Shown here piece by piece: positions 9,652 through 19,000 of a stretch of DNA of 64,000 nt (positions within the stretch are counted from its first letter, which is position 1; the number at the start of each line of letters is the position of its first letter). Under the pieces are notes generated by a model, which searched no databases, was not told where the DNA came from, and saw only the letters and a list, made by a program, of their open reading frames with translations. The DNA comes from a virus, in the IMG/VR virus record IMGVR_UViG_3300008450_000005, positions 32,001 to 96,000 of that record, one strand, 5' to 3'. The position numbers were made by a program, and so were the translations under genes.

Positions 9652-11490
9652 ATGCCAGATCCAATATTGAATATTTTACAGGGAGAGCAGGTTTACTTCG
9701 ATCCAGATTCTACGGTCGGAGCTACCGCATCTTATTCCTGGACGTTTCCGGGTGGAACCCCAGGAAATTCAGCATCACATTACCCTGTGGTGACCTACAA
9801 TAATATTGGCGATTATAATGCAAGTTTAACCGTAACTGATACCTACGGTACCTCAAGAACTTTAACTAAATACCAGATAATTAGTGTAGATAAGAACGTA
9901 CTCACAGTCAATTTCACAGTTCCTGGATCACCGGTTGAAATGAACGAATTGTTCACCATCACCGACACATCCTCACCGGTTCCAACCGATTGGGAATGGG
10001 TATTACCAGGTTTTGCAAATATTGTTGGTGTACAGAACCTAACAAACTATCAATACGGAGACTGGTATGACGCTACAGGCACTTATCTGGGTGATCCCGG
10101 GGCTACTGCTTCAATTCCGATTCAACTGACAGCAGCGACGAACTTCGACATAGGAACGAAGACCCAAAATATGGTTGTTAAAAAATTAGGAGCTGGTCAG
10201 GATGAATTTGATCTTAGCTACGAATGGGTTTCCGTTTACGGTCCAACCGCTTATGTGATGACCTCGTCATTGGGAACAACCGCTGGCGCTCCATTTACAT
10301 TAGGCTCTTACGGTCTTACAGGAAATTCAACTGGATTTATTGTTGTCGTGGATCTGACTGCTATGAGAACTTTGGGCCCGGCAGTACCAGGAACCGGATT
10401 TCAAACGAATAATTATTTCCATTCTAACGAAGAGATTGCCCAATATACCGGACACTTTGGCTATGTTGAATCGACGTCTCCATATCCATTTGGATTAACG
10501 GGATATGTGATTGTAGATTCTTCTGCATACACCACAGCTTTATTTTCCCTTAATACACCGATCACAGCTGGACGCTATATGCTTAAAGACTATGTTCTTG
10601 GTAACAGAGGGGGAATGTTCGCTGACCGTGGTGCATTTCTTAGAACCAAATGGAACGCAGTTTCTTCAGGCGGACGTGCTTGGCCTTTAGCTCTACTGAA
10701 TGAGTTCCTGAATATGGCAGCAAAAGTAAGAATGCTTTCTCGGGACGTTGAAGAACCTTATTTGTCTGTTGGCGGAACGGGAGGAGGATTCCCACCTTTA
10801 CTTTACACGAACATTTTGTCGTCCGTGCACGGTAACTTTACGATTTCAAATTATGGGGTAGTTGCTATTCCTAGCTCAGGATTTATGCTTCCCAGAACAA
10901 ACCCCGCCGGAGACCAATACTTTAAGATTTATATCACTGTACACTGGTCCAATGGTGTTGACCTGGTTCAAACCAATTTTGATGCGTCTGCAGGATTGTC
11001 CGGTAATGACGGATATGGATTTTTTAAAGCCCAGGACGTAGGTCCAAATCTTGGTATTGCATCGGTGTTAAACCAGTCGATAACAAGTTATTTCACACCC
11101 ATCGGTAGTGGTATAATTCCAATTAGGGTTAAAGAAAGCGAAGATTACAATCCTTATTTCGTGTCTACAAATTTTGTCTATGGATTAACGGGATACAATA
11201 ACAGATCTGATTACCACGGTATTCTAATCGAATCAATTGACGCAACAGTTACTAGAATAGAGATCACCGATAATTCATCACTCGTACAATGGACAGTTGT
11301 CGTAGCACCTTCAACCGGTGTAGGACTATCCGGACCTGCTGCATTCCCAAGCGATTGGCTGAATCCATCTAACGCAAGGTTCAGGTATGCTTCATGGCTT
11401 GGTTGCGTAGATGATCAGACCCAGCTTAACCCGATGCCTGGTATCATCCCAGGTCCCAGCGGAGGATGGTATTATGGTGGAAGTTTATAA
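9652..11490 (+). CDS. PKD-domain virion protein
   Basis: PKD signature SYSWTFPGGTP......PVVTY...G.Y...LTVT and a second F.D.S...PT.W.W repeat. Confidence 0.7.
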   Translation: MPDPILNILQGEQVYFDPDSTVGATASYSWTFPGGTPGNSASHYPVVTYNNIGDYNASLTVTDTYGTSRTLTKYQIISVDKNVLTVNFTVPGSPVEMNELFTITDTSSPVPTDWEWVLPGFANIVGVQNLTNYQYGDWYDATGTYLGDPGATASIPIQLTAATNFDIGTKTQNMVVKKLGAGQDEFDLSYEWVSVYGPTAYVMTSSLGTTAGAPFTLGSYGLTGNSTGFIVVVDLTAMRTLGPAVPGTGFQTNNYFHSNEEIAQYTGHFGYVESTSPYPFGLTGYVIVDSSAYTTALFSLNTPITAGRYMLKDYVLGNRGGMFADRGAFLRTKWNAVSSGGRAWPLALLNEFLNMAAKVRMLSRDVEEPYLSVGGTGGGFPPLLYTNILSSVHGNFTISNYGVVAIPSSGFMLPRTNPAGDQYFKIYITVHWSNGVDLVQTNFDASAGLSGNDGYGFFKAQDVGPNLGIASVLNQSITSYFTPIGSGIIPIRVKESEDYNPYFVSTNFVYGLTGYNNRSDYHGILIESIDATVTRIEITDNSSLVQWTVVVAPSTGVGLSGPAAFPSDWLNPSNARFRYASWLGCVDDQTQLNPMPGIIPGPSGGWYYGGSL

Positions 11491-11508
11491 TAATGAATAA
11501 ATACAGCA

Positions 11509-14500
11509 ATGCCCGCTAACGATTTAAAGATAACACAGATAAAGCTCGACAACAAGAATAGGGTTTGGGCAGTAGGACAAGATATTTCTTATTTTGATGG
11601 AGATAATTGGACATACCTAAACTATCAAAATTCTGCTCTTCCGAGCAACGATCCATATTATCTAGATACCCGGTGCTTAAGCATTGATGCTGATCAGAGC
11701 AAATGGATTGGATGCGCTAATGGACCATGCATTTCAGATGTTGCGGTCACCAAATTATATGGTCAGGACAATGAAAAATCAGAATCCTGGACATTCACCG
11801 AACTTGGCTTCACCGGAGGATACTATCAATGTCCGGTAATCGAGGCAAGCCCTTATGGATCAGAAGTTCTAGCTTTCATCAATTCTTTGAATGATGGCAT
11901 AGGTGTAACCGGAACAACAGGATTTATTGGAGCCACCGCGGGTAATTTATTAATCTATAACACAGAGGCGAGGGAGTGGAGAAATATTCTGGGAGAAGGT
12001 AATACTATTCCTCGTGTTTATACTATTCAGCCAAGAGGTTTAGATGGATTCTCTTATGAATATTGGATAGGAACATCTAACGGTATCTGGATCCTTAAAG
12101 ATTCTTATTACCAGACAGAAAATTTATACTCGGAAAGTATCTACGTACCTCACGTTAAGGTTCTTACCACTGAGAATTCTGGATTACCAGGAAATCAAAT
12201 TAGAGCAATCGAATTTGATGAAAATGGTAATGTGTGGATAGGCACAGAATCTGGATTTTGCTTCTATGATTTTAACGAATGGCAAGCATGGAACTCATCA
12301 TCATTTACCAATCTTTCGTCTAATCTTATAACTACCATAACTGTTAGACCCAATGGTCATATATTCTTTTCAGCAGGGGAAGGGGAATTGAAGCAGGGAA
12401 CAGGACTTTACCATTTTAATGGATCATTTCTTACCAATTTCGATGTATCAACGGGCGATTTACCAAACGACAACATCATCTCCGCTGAACTGATATCCCA
12501 AAATACACAAAATGATAATTTCAGGAATTACACAAACGATCTCTGGATATCTTGTTATAATGATTTAGTTCAGTTCTCATACGTAATCCCACACGTAAGA
12601 GCTACATCGGATTACGAGGGCGCAACTGGATGGGATTTTGTAGACTATACCAACACAGATTCACTCAGATTACCAAAAGCAAACAAATACACTTGGGATT
12701 ATCCATCGTGGAGCGGGGACGACTTCGATTATTTGATGAGACAGCATCCTGGGACAGATCCTAGATTGCTTTTCGTAAACTCTGATTTAGAATCTATTAT
12801 CACTGGTGAGGTAGGAAATCCTAATTTTTATTCTGCTGGACCAATTCCTTTATCCTCTCAGATCCAAACTGCAGAAGGTCTAACCGGATCTTCTTTCCTC
12901 GTTAGTGCAACAGGAGGAACCGCATACATCACAACATCTACCACCAATAATGGTAATGTAATAGTTGGTGGTTATACTAATGCAGCTGGCGTTTATTTAG
13001 GATATAAGAACGGATCAAACTATGTCCAATTCGCAAACCCGAATCCAACCAACGCAGGATCACCTGTTCCGGCTGGGTCTAATTTGAATGCTGGTTTCTT
13101 GGCTTATTATTCAAAATCGGGACAGCCTTTAGGTGCTATTCCTTTTAGAGGATATTCAACTAAGGTACTTTCGGTTTCCTCTGGATTCAACGACGAATCA
13201 ATCTTCGTAGCTGGAACTTTCCGCAGATATTTGGAAGTTGGCAAATTTGTTTATAATAACGTATATCCGAACGCTGCATCTCTAACAACAACAGGGATCA
13301 CCGGTCCAACCGGAGGACCTATTGGATTGTCTTCTTTATATTACCCAGGTATCACTGGTCCAACCTTTGAGTACCCTTGGATTCTGAATGGAGCAACCGC
13401 ATCAGTGAGTGGTCCATTTATTCCAGACCCTTCCTTGATCTCAAATGATGCAGAGTCATTATTCGTTCTAGAGATTGACCACAATCTTGGATCTAGCATG
13501 AGCTTTGGTGACATCAACTTTGGAGTAACCGGTGGATTTGAAAGATCTTATAAAGTAAAAAACTTTAGATACTTCCCGATTGCTGCAAGCGATTTTGATG
13601 CTACTGGTGTAACTGGAATCTTTGGCTATTTGAATACCGAAAGCATTCATTTGGATGCAGGGAATAAATGGGTCAATGTGGTTCTTGGTGTATCTGGAGG
13701 ATATAGCACTCTAGCAAACCAGTGGGAATTTACTAACGATCTTCCTAATAATAACCCATTTGAATTTTCATCATACTCATCAGGATATCTACAATCTGGC
13801 AGTATGATTCAGCTTGATAGAGATTTGAATCTCTATGATAGCTTCATAACAGCAGGAACTGGTAACACACACTTCAACCAGTCAGTTCAGGATTCATCTT
13901 CAAACACGATTCTGGTAACCGGATCTACAAACCAAAATTTCACATTCGGTAGTACTGGTTCAACTGCAGCTAACAATCTTGGACACGAGCCTTTCTTCTT
14001 CGTAACTGACAGAAATGGAACAGTGACAAGTAAAGGAATCCAGATTGTTAAAAGAGGTTTCTACGATGACGAGAATTATGGCGTCTTTGCTTTCTCACAT
14101 GAAGGATTATATTCTGTAGCTACCATAACTGAACAGAATCCTAATTATTCAATAAACCAAGGATCATATTCAGTTACTGGAGGCACTTCATTCTACGTTC
14201 AAAGATTCACTCCGAATGGAATGATTAAGAAAGAATTTTCTTATCCGATCAATGATTCTTTTGCTTTCTTAGACGAGTCTATCATCACCGAGAGAGATGA
14301 ATACGTTTTGAATATGAAACAGTTTGGATCGACAGGTACAACTGGCTATTACAAAGCTTATAAATTATCTTTATCTGGTACTTTGAATGATACTCTAGAT
14401 TTAACATCCAACCAAATTGAGGTTGCAGGACTATCTCTGGCTTACGATGCAGATTCTAATCTTTACTATAGCATAACTCATTCAGGAGCAACTGGAGCAA

Positions 14501-15123
14501 CCGGAATTGCTTTGCCTTCTTCGGTATCTAAAATACCTTCTGTTTTCAAAATCGCCCAGTATAATCCCCCGATCGGTATCAATTACGGAAACGTTGATTC
14601 CAGATATGGCGAAGGATCCTGGAATTGGTGCGATGTGCACATGAATGGATCTAATTTCAAAATCCCTCTCATGAGCACGGTCTTCATGACAAACTATCCT
14701 TCTGATATCTACGGGAAGAATATGAATACGTGGAGATTGCTCGACTCGAGATCTGGCGATAAGATTTTGGATGTAAGAAAAGTACCTTATTTCATTTATA
14801 CGTTTATCAAGCCTGGTTTCTATACTCTAGAAAATTCTGTAGAGGATGCAAACGGGAACGTCTATGAGATAACCCAGAATGCTTTCATCGAGGTCGTTGA
14901 TCATACCGCTAAAAAAGAAGATGATCCGGATCCGTTTGTAGTAAATTCCTCAGACTACGGCTACACAGTTCCTAAACAAACCCAGGAAGTGAAGATTAAT
15001 GATCTTTCTAAAGATCTATTAGCTGAGCAAATGAGAATATTGAGACAAGCTGGTGAGAATCTTAAAGGATCTCCGTTACTTTTGAAAAACGATCCAGACG
15101 CTACATTTAGACCTATAGATTAA
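11509..15123 (+). CDS. Beta-propeller (Reg_prop-like) virion/receptor-binding protein with a C-terminal PKD-like domain
   Basis: Blades NSALPSN, NSGLPGNQIRAIEFDENGNVWIGT, LSSNLITTI and GDLPNDNI; C-terminal YTFIKPGFYTLENSVEDANGN. Confidence 0.65.
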   Translation: MPANDLKITQIKLDNKNRVWAVGQDISYFDGDNWTYLNYQNSALPSNDPYYLDTRCLSIDADQSKWIGCANGPCISDVAVTKLYGQDNEKSESWTFTELGFTGGYYQCPVIEASPYGSEVLAFINSLNDGIGVTGTTGFIGATAGNLLIYNTEAREWRNILGEGNTIPRVYTIQPRGLDGFSYEYWIGTSNGIWILKDSYYQTENLYSESIYVPHVKVLTTENSGLPGNQIRAIEFDENGNVWIGTESGFCFYDFNEWQAWNSSSFTNLSSNLITTITVRPNGHIFFSAGEGELKQGTGLYHFNGSFLTNFDVSTGDLPNDNIISAELISQNTQNDNFRNYTNDLWISCYNDLVQFSYVIPHVRATSDYEGATGWDFVDYTNTDSLRLPKANKYTWDYPSWSGDDFDYLMRQHPGTDPRLLFVNSDLESIITGEVGNPNFYSAGPIPLSSQIQTAEGLTGSSFLVSATGGTAYITTSTTNNGNVIVGGYTNAAGVYLGYKNGSNYVQFANPNPTNAGSPVPAGSNLNAGFLAYYSKSGQPLGAIPFRGYSTKVLSVSSGFNDESIFVAGTFRRYLEVGKFVYNNVYPNAASLTTTGITGPTGGPIGLSSLYYPGITGPTFEYPWILNGATASVSGPFIPDPSLISNDAESLFVLEIDHNLGSSMSFGDINFGVTGGFERSYKVKNFRYFPIAASDFDATGVTGIFGYLNTESIHLDAGNKWVNVVLGVSGGYSTLANQWEFTNDLPNNNPFEFSSYSSGYLQSGSMIQLDRDLNLYDSFITAGTGNTHFNQSVQDSSSNTILVTGSTNQNFTFGSTGSTAANNLGHEPFFFVTDRNGTVTSKGIQIVKRGFYDDENYGVFAFSHEGLYSVATITEQNPNYSINQGSYSVTGGTSFYVQRFTPNGMIKKEFSYPINDSFAFLDESIITERDEYVLNMKQFGSTGTTGYYKAYKLSLSGTLNDTLDLTSNQIEVAGLSLAYDADSNLYYSITHSGATGATGIALPSSVSKIPSVFKIAQYNPPIGINYGNVDSRYGEGSWNWCDVHMNGSNFKIPLMSTVFMTNYPSDIYGKNMNTWRLLDSRSGDKILDVRKVPYFIYTFIKPGFYTLENSVEDANGNVYEITQNAFIEVVDHTAKKEDDPDPFVVNSSDYGYTVPKQTQEVKINDLSKDLLAEQMRILRQAGENLKGSPLLLKNDPDATFRPID

Positions 15124-15809
15124 GACCTTTTGGCCATATTTCTATATTTCCAATTTTCGTAACGCTTTACTATCTCTTTGAGGATGTCTGATCTTACAAT
15201 ATCAGCGTCAGTGAAAACCACTTCCGATACGCCTTCGATATCTTTAACCAGATCGATAAATTCGGGGAGTGCAACTTTTTCATAAGAAATATCATGCTGA
15301 GTCACGTCGCCTGCAATAACCATTTTAGAATTTTTTCCAAGACGTGAAGTGTAAAGCATTAACTGCTTCATGTCACAGTTTTGGGCTTCATCTAAAATCA
15401 TAATGCAGTCATCAAATGTCGATCCACGCATATAAGCCAATGGTCTGAATTCAATAATTCCCTCTCTTAAAAGCTGGAGAACTTTTTCTTTTGGAATAAT
15501 TTTTTCGATGGTTGAAACGAAAGAATCCATGAAAGGAGCAATCTTTTCATTTACGTCACCAGGCAAGCTTCCTAACTTTTCTCCAGACTCCTGAATGGGT
15601 TTTGTTAGAATTATTTTCTTCACCTGACCTTTGGCTAAAAGCTTCAAAGCTGAATAGCAGGCTGAAAAAGTTTTAGAACTACCGGCAGGACCCCAACAGA
15701 AAGTAATAATATTTTCTAAGATTGATTGGGAATATTTGTGCTGGTTTTTACTAAGAGAAATGTCAAAGAAATCTTTCTGAGACACGCGGATTTTTGAATT
15801 TGTCGTCAT
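15120..15809 (-). CDS. phoH: PhoH-family ATPase
   Basis: GPAGSSKT Walker A, LGSLPGD..EK..PF, PLAYMRGSTF, ILDEAQN, SRLG, GD..Q.D and DIVRS. Likely start is the ATG at 15809 (MTTNSK), not 15959. Confidence 0.95.
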   Translation of the reverse strand: MTTNSKIRVSQKDFFDISLSKNQHKYSQSILENIITFCWGPAGSSKTFSACYSALKLLAKGQVKKIILTKPIQESGEKLGSLPGDVNEKIAPFMDSFVSTIEKIIPKEKVLQLLREGIIEFRPLAYMRGSTFDDCIMILDEAQNCDMKQLMLYTSRLGKNSKMVIAGDVTQHDISYEKVALPEFIDLVKDIEGVSEVVFTDADIVRSDILKEIVKRYENWKYRNMAKRS

Positions 15810-15819
15810 ATATGAACTC

Positions 15820-15827
15820 GATATATA
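15820..15827 (+). promoter_or_regulatory. GATATATA putative late promoter, possibly bidirectional with phoH
   Basis: Lies in the 46-bp divergent gap between phoH and the 15856 ORF; the near-palindrome reads AATATATA on the minus strand. Confidence 0.65.
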
Positions 15828-15855
15828 TTCAACAGCTGAAATAAGAAAAAAAACT

Positions 15856-16761
15856 ATGTCAACGATAAGCATCACCGAAATCTTGGGAACTGATTCTATC
15901 TCTGGATCAAGAACAACCATCAATTCCAATTTCATCACTCTGGAAAACTGGGTAAACACCTATTCCACCAATTTTGGAATTGATACAAATAATGGAATCC
16001 TGGATATTTCCACCCAGCCAACCGGAAGGGTATCCGCGAAAATCGGACAATTTAATTCCATTCAGGTCCCAACAGGATCAACTGCAGCAGCACAGATTCT
16101 TTCTAATGGTGCAGGATCGTTTACCGGTCTTTCAACAACAACCTTAACTGGTTCTGGAGCAGTTACATTCAGTGGAACAACCACCGTGACCTCAACCGGA
16201 ACATTCACAGCAGGCGGAACAGCTAACTTCAACGGAAGATTAAATGCGAATTCGTCTTTGGCAATCGGTCCAGCAGGATTTACCCTCTTGGGAAATACCA
16301 CTTACACAACCGGTCTAACAGCCAGTCAGGAATTCCCTGCATCAAATAATGCTTCGCTTAGCGGTGGTGGTGTAACTTCATCACTTAACTCACCCTATGC
16401 AATCACCGGAACAGAGAATGTGATTTTCGCAGATTGCGGTCCAACAGGTTTTTACATGAAAGTTTCTGAAACGTCTGGCGGAACAGCTTCTAACATTCCT
16501 GCAGGTTTCACTGTCACTATCGTTAACACTAAGGGAGCAACGGGATACATCTTCACCGGTGTAACTGGTTCTACCTCTTATTATACAGGCTTCAATACAG
16601 CTGCAGCATACGGAAACTGGCCTTCAGCTGGTATCGTTGTCACAGCCAACTCTCAATATCAATCTTCAATCACTTTGAGATGGGAACCAAGAGTGGCTGG
16701 TGCGCAAGCAACACAAAAAGGATCATGGGTAGTACTAGGAGCTACTAACATGTCCTTTTAA
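15856..16761 (+). CDS. Tail fibre/baseplate-associated structural protein
   Basis: N-terminal I...D.......IN.NF..L motif shared with the collagen fibres; rich in G/S/T. Confidence 0.55.
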   Translation: MSTISITEILGTDSISGSRTTINSNFITLENWVNTYSTNFGIDTNNGILDISTQPTGRVSAKIGQFNSIQVPTGSTAAAQILSNGAGSFTGLSTTTLTGSGAVTFSGTTTVTSTGTFTAGGTANFNGRLNANSSLAIGPAGFTLLGNTTYTTGLTASQEFPASNNASLSGGGVTSSLNSPYAITGTENVIFADCGPTGFYMKVSETSGGTASNIPAGFTVTIVNTKGATGYIFTGVTGSTSYYTGFNTAAAYGNWPSAGIVVTANSQYQSSITLRWEPRVAGAQATQKGSWVVLGATNMSF

Positions 16762-16787
16762 TTTTAATTAAATAATAGCTCAGGAAA

Positions 16788-18998
16788 ATGGCTAAAACCC
16801 CTTTTATACAACCTTTACAGCTGACCGGCGGAACTTTTTATACGTTCACGTCCGCTGCAGAGGATCTGTCGTTTACTTTCAATAACTCAACTAATAAATT
16901 TAAGTTTTCGAAGTTTGCTCTTTTAAACATCCCAGATATTGATTATTTCGACGCAACAGGGAATACAGTTAAACTGCCTGCACCGGATTCAGCATTTCTT
17001 GATTGGAGTTCAGGAAGTAATGTTCTTGTCCCCGCTGATGGAAATGTAGCATTTTCTCAAAGTTTCCAGAGCTACTGTTTAAATCTAGAAACGACTATCA
17101 CAAGTACGGATGAATACGATCCTACTTTGAAGCAGAATATTTCAGAAAGGGTTTTCTTCAAATGGTTGAAGGAGGTTGGAGCTATGCGTTTCCAACCCGC
17201 ATCATCAACTGAGGTTGCTTCAACGCTCGACCAGAATACTGTCATAGTTACAGACGGATTACCAATCACACAAAAAAGATATGTTGAAGGTGATCCTGTA
17301 GCTGGAGTAACCGGTTCATTTGGATTGACAGGAGCAACTTACAATCGTGTTGTTCAATACGTTGGAGAATTAGACATCGTAAATTCAGTTAAGAACGAGA
17401 ATAACGCATACACTGAAGTTTATGTTTACGTTCCTACTAAAGATGGATCTACGCCAACCGTTCTCTTCAAAAATGTAGTAGATCAAAACTATACATTGGA
17501 TACAACCTGGACTAATAATCCAACCGATCCATTGAATGACGAATATTTGAGCGGAAGATCTTATACTGAAGTCAATCCTAGCGGATTGTCAACTTTAGCT
17601 ATTTTCGACGATGATGTTATTGGCCAGCCTAGTGCGACCTATACCGATACAACAAACGGAACAACAGGATCAGGAAACTGGTATTCTCCAAGAGCAGTAG
17701 CTAATACGTATTTCAACGATGCTACTTTCACCGATCCTACTTCTTTAATTTTAACAAAAACAAACACAGCAACTCCACCATACAACAGTTTAACGTATGC
17801 TAGGACAAAGCTGGATTCAATTGGAATCGATTTCGATACCAATTCTTATTATGATATTATAACAAACCCAAGTATTTCAACTTTCTCTGAGTACAACGCT
17901 ACGGCGGATGCAGAGAATTTTGATTTTAATGCGGTTCTTATTTACTATGATGTTTATGATCCTGCAAATCCAGGTGATTCGGCAACTAACCTCTATGGAG
18001 TTTTATTCTTAGATGATGTTGTAACATCAGGTGGCGAAACATACATCCCTCGTCTTAAGAAGTACAAACCAAACATCGTAACCAAACTCAACGGAAACTC
18101 GTACGGCTTCAAAATCAACCTGAAGTTTGACGTAGATGTTGACCAGACTGGTGTTGAGCAGGCTATTAACGACTACTCTCCATTCTCACTTTCCATGTTC
18201 ATGGACGCTGTGAATGTTCTTCAAGATGCTTCATCAACTTTAAATAACGGTGCAGCTCAGTTCACATCACTCGAGCAAAGAATTACCAGTCTAGAAAATC
18301 TGGTTCTAACTTCAGATTCAGCTTTGGATTTGAATCAAAGAATAAATGCTTTGGAATCAACGATTGCAGCCAATCAGGCTCTTTTCACCAATACACAGGC
18401 AATTGTAGGTTTGATTAATCAGAATTACGAATTGATCAGAGCGATTATCAATAATGATATTCCTTCTATCGAAATCTCCTATAATTTGGACGTAATTAGA
18501 CAGGGATTAGGAGTTTTGGTTAATCGCGATATTCCTAATCAGGTTACAATTTCGAACAATACTCAGAACTACACAATCGGTGCAGGAAATAACGTGGTGA
18601 CGTTTAGTACGTCATCTAATAACATTGTTCCATTGCTACCTTTTGGTAACTACTATAAACATGTTAACGGAGGTACTCCTCTCAGTTTAACATCCGATTT
18701 AACTATCCGCATTGATGATAGTTCTAATAATTGGAAAAGAGGTCAAACACTTCGTTTATCTTTCGGAGATCAAGTATATCCGAACGATTTCGTAGTAACA
18801 ATTTTGACAAACGCATTAGGAAGATATCCTTTATCTTCACCTAGTGGCATTGCATACTCAACTACTATCTTGGTCTTGGACAAGGACGATTTCGCCCAAG
18901 AGTCTAATATACCAACGATAGATATCGTTTGTGTGGACGATGAAAATTTAATTTTCCAAGCTGATATCGTAGGTAAATCTTTAACAAATAATCCGTAA
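16788..18998 (+). CDS. Structural protein with a central coiled coil
   Basis: 736 aa; LEQRITSLE...LNQRINALE heptads; in the structural operon. Confidence 0.55.
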   Translation: MAKTPFIQPLQLTGGTFYTFTSAAEDLSFTFNNSTNKFKFSKFALLNIPDIDYFDATGNTVKLPAPDSAFLDWSSGSNVLVPADGNVAFSQSFQSYCLNLETTITSTDEYDPTLKQNISERVFFKWLKEVGAMRFQPASSTEVASTLDQNTVIVTDGLPITQKRYVEGDPVAGVTGSFGLTGATYNRVVQYVGELDIVNSVKNENNAYTEVYVYVPTKDGSTPTVLFKNVVDQNYTLDTTWTNNPTDPLNDEYLSGRSYTEVNPSGLSTLAIFDDDVIGQPSATYTDTTNGTTGSGNWYSPRAVANTYFNDATFTDPTSLILTKTNTATPPYNSLTYARTKLDSIGIDFDTNSYYDIITNPSISTFSEYNATADAENFDFNAVLIYYDVYDPANPGDSATNLYGVLFLDDVVTSGGETYIPRLKKYKPNIVTKLNGNSYGFKINLKFDVDVDQTGVEQAINDYSPFSLSMFMDAVNVLQDASSTLNNGAAQFTSLEQRITSLENLVLTSDSALDLNQRINALESTIAANQALFTNTQAIVGLINQNYELIRAIINNDIPSIEISYNLDVIRQGLGVLVNRDIPNQVTISNNTQNYTIGAGNNVVTFSTSSNNIVPLLPFGNYYKHVNGGTPLSLTSDLTIRIDDSSNNWKRGQTLRLSFGDQVYPNDFVVTILTNALGRYPLSSPSGIAYSTTILVLDKDDFAQESNIPTIDIVCVDDENLIFQADIVGKSLTNNP

Positions 18999-19000
18999 GA

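Noticed and set aside
15810-15959. Extended 279-aa PhoH N-terminus from the ORF track
   Set aside because: It overlaps the divergent 15856 gene and the promoter motif; the ATG at 15809 gives a normal-sized PhoH.
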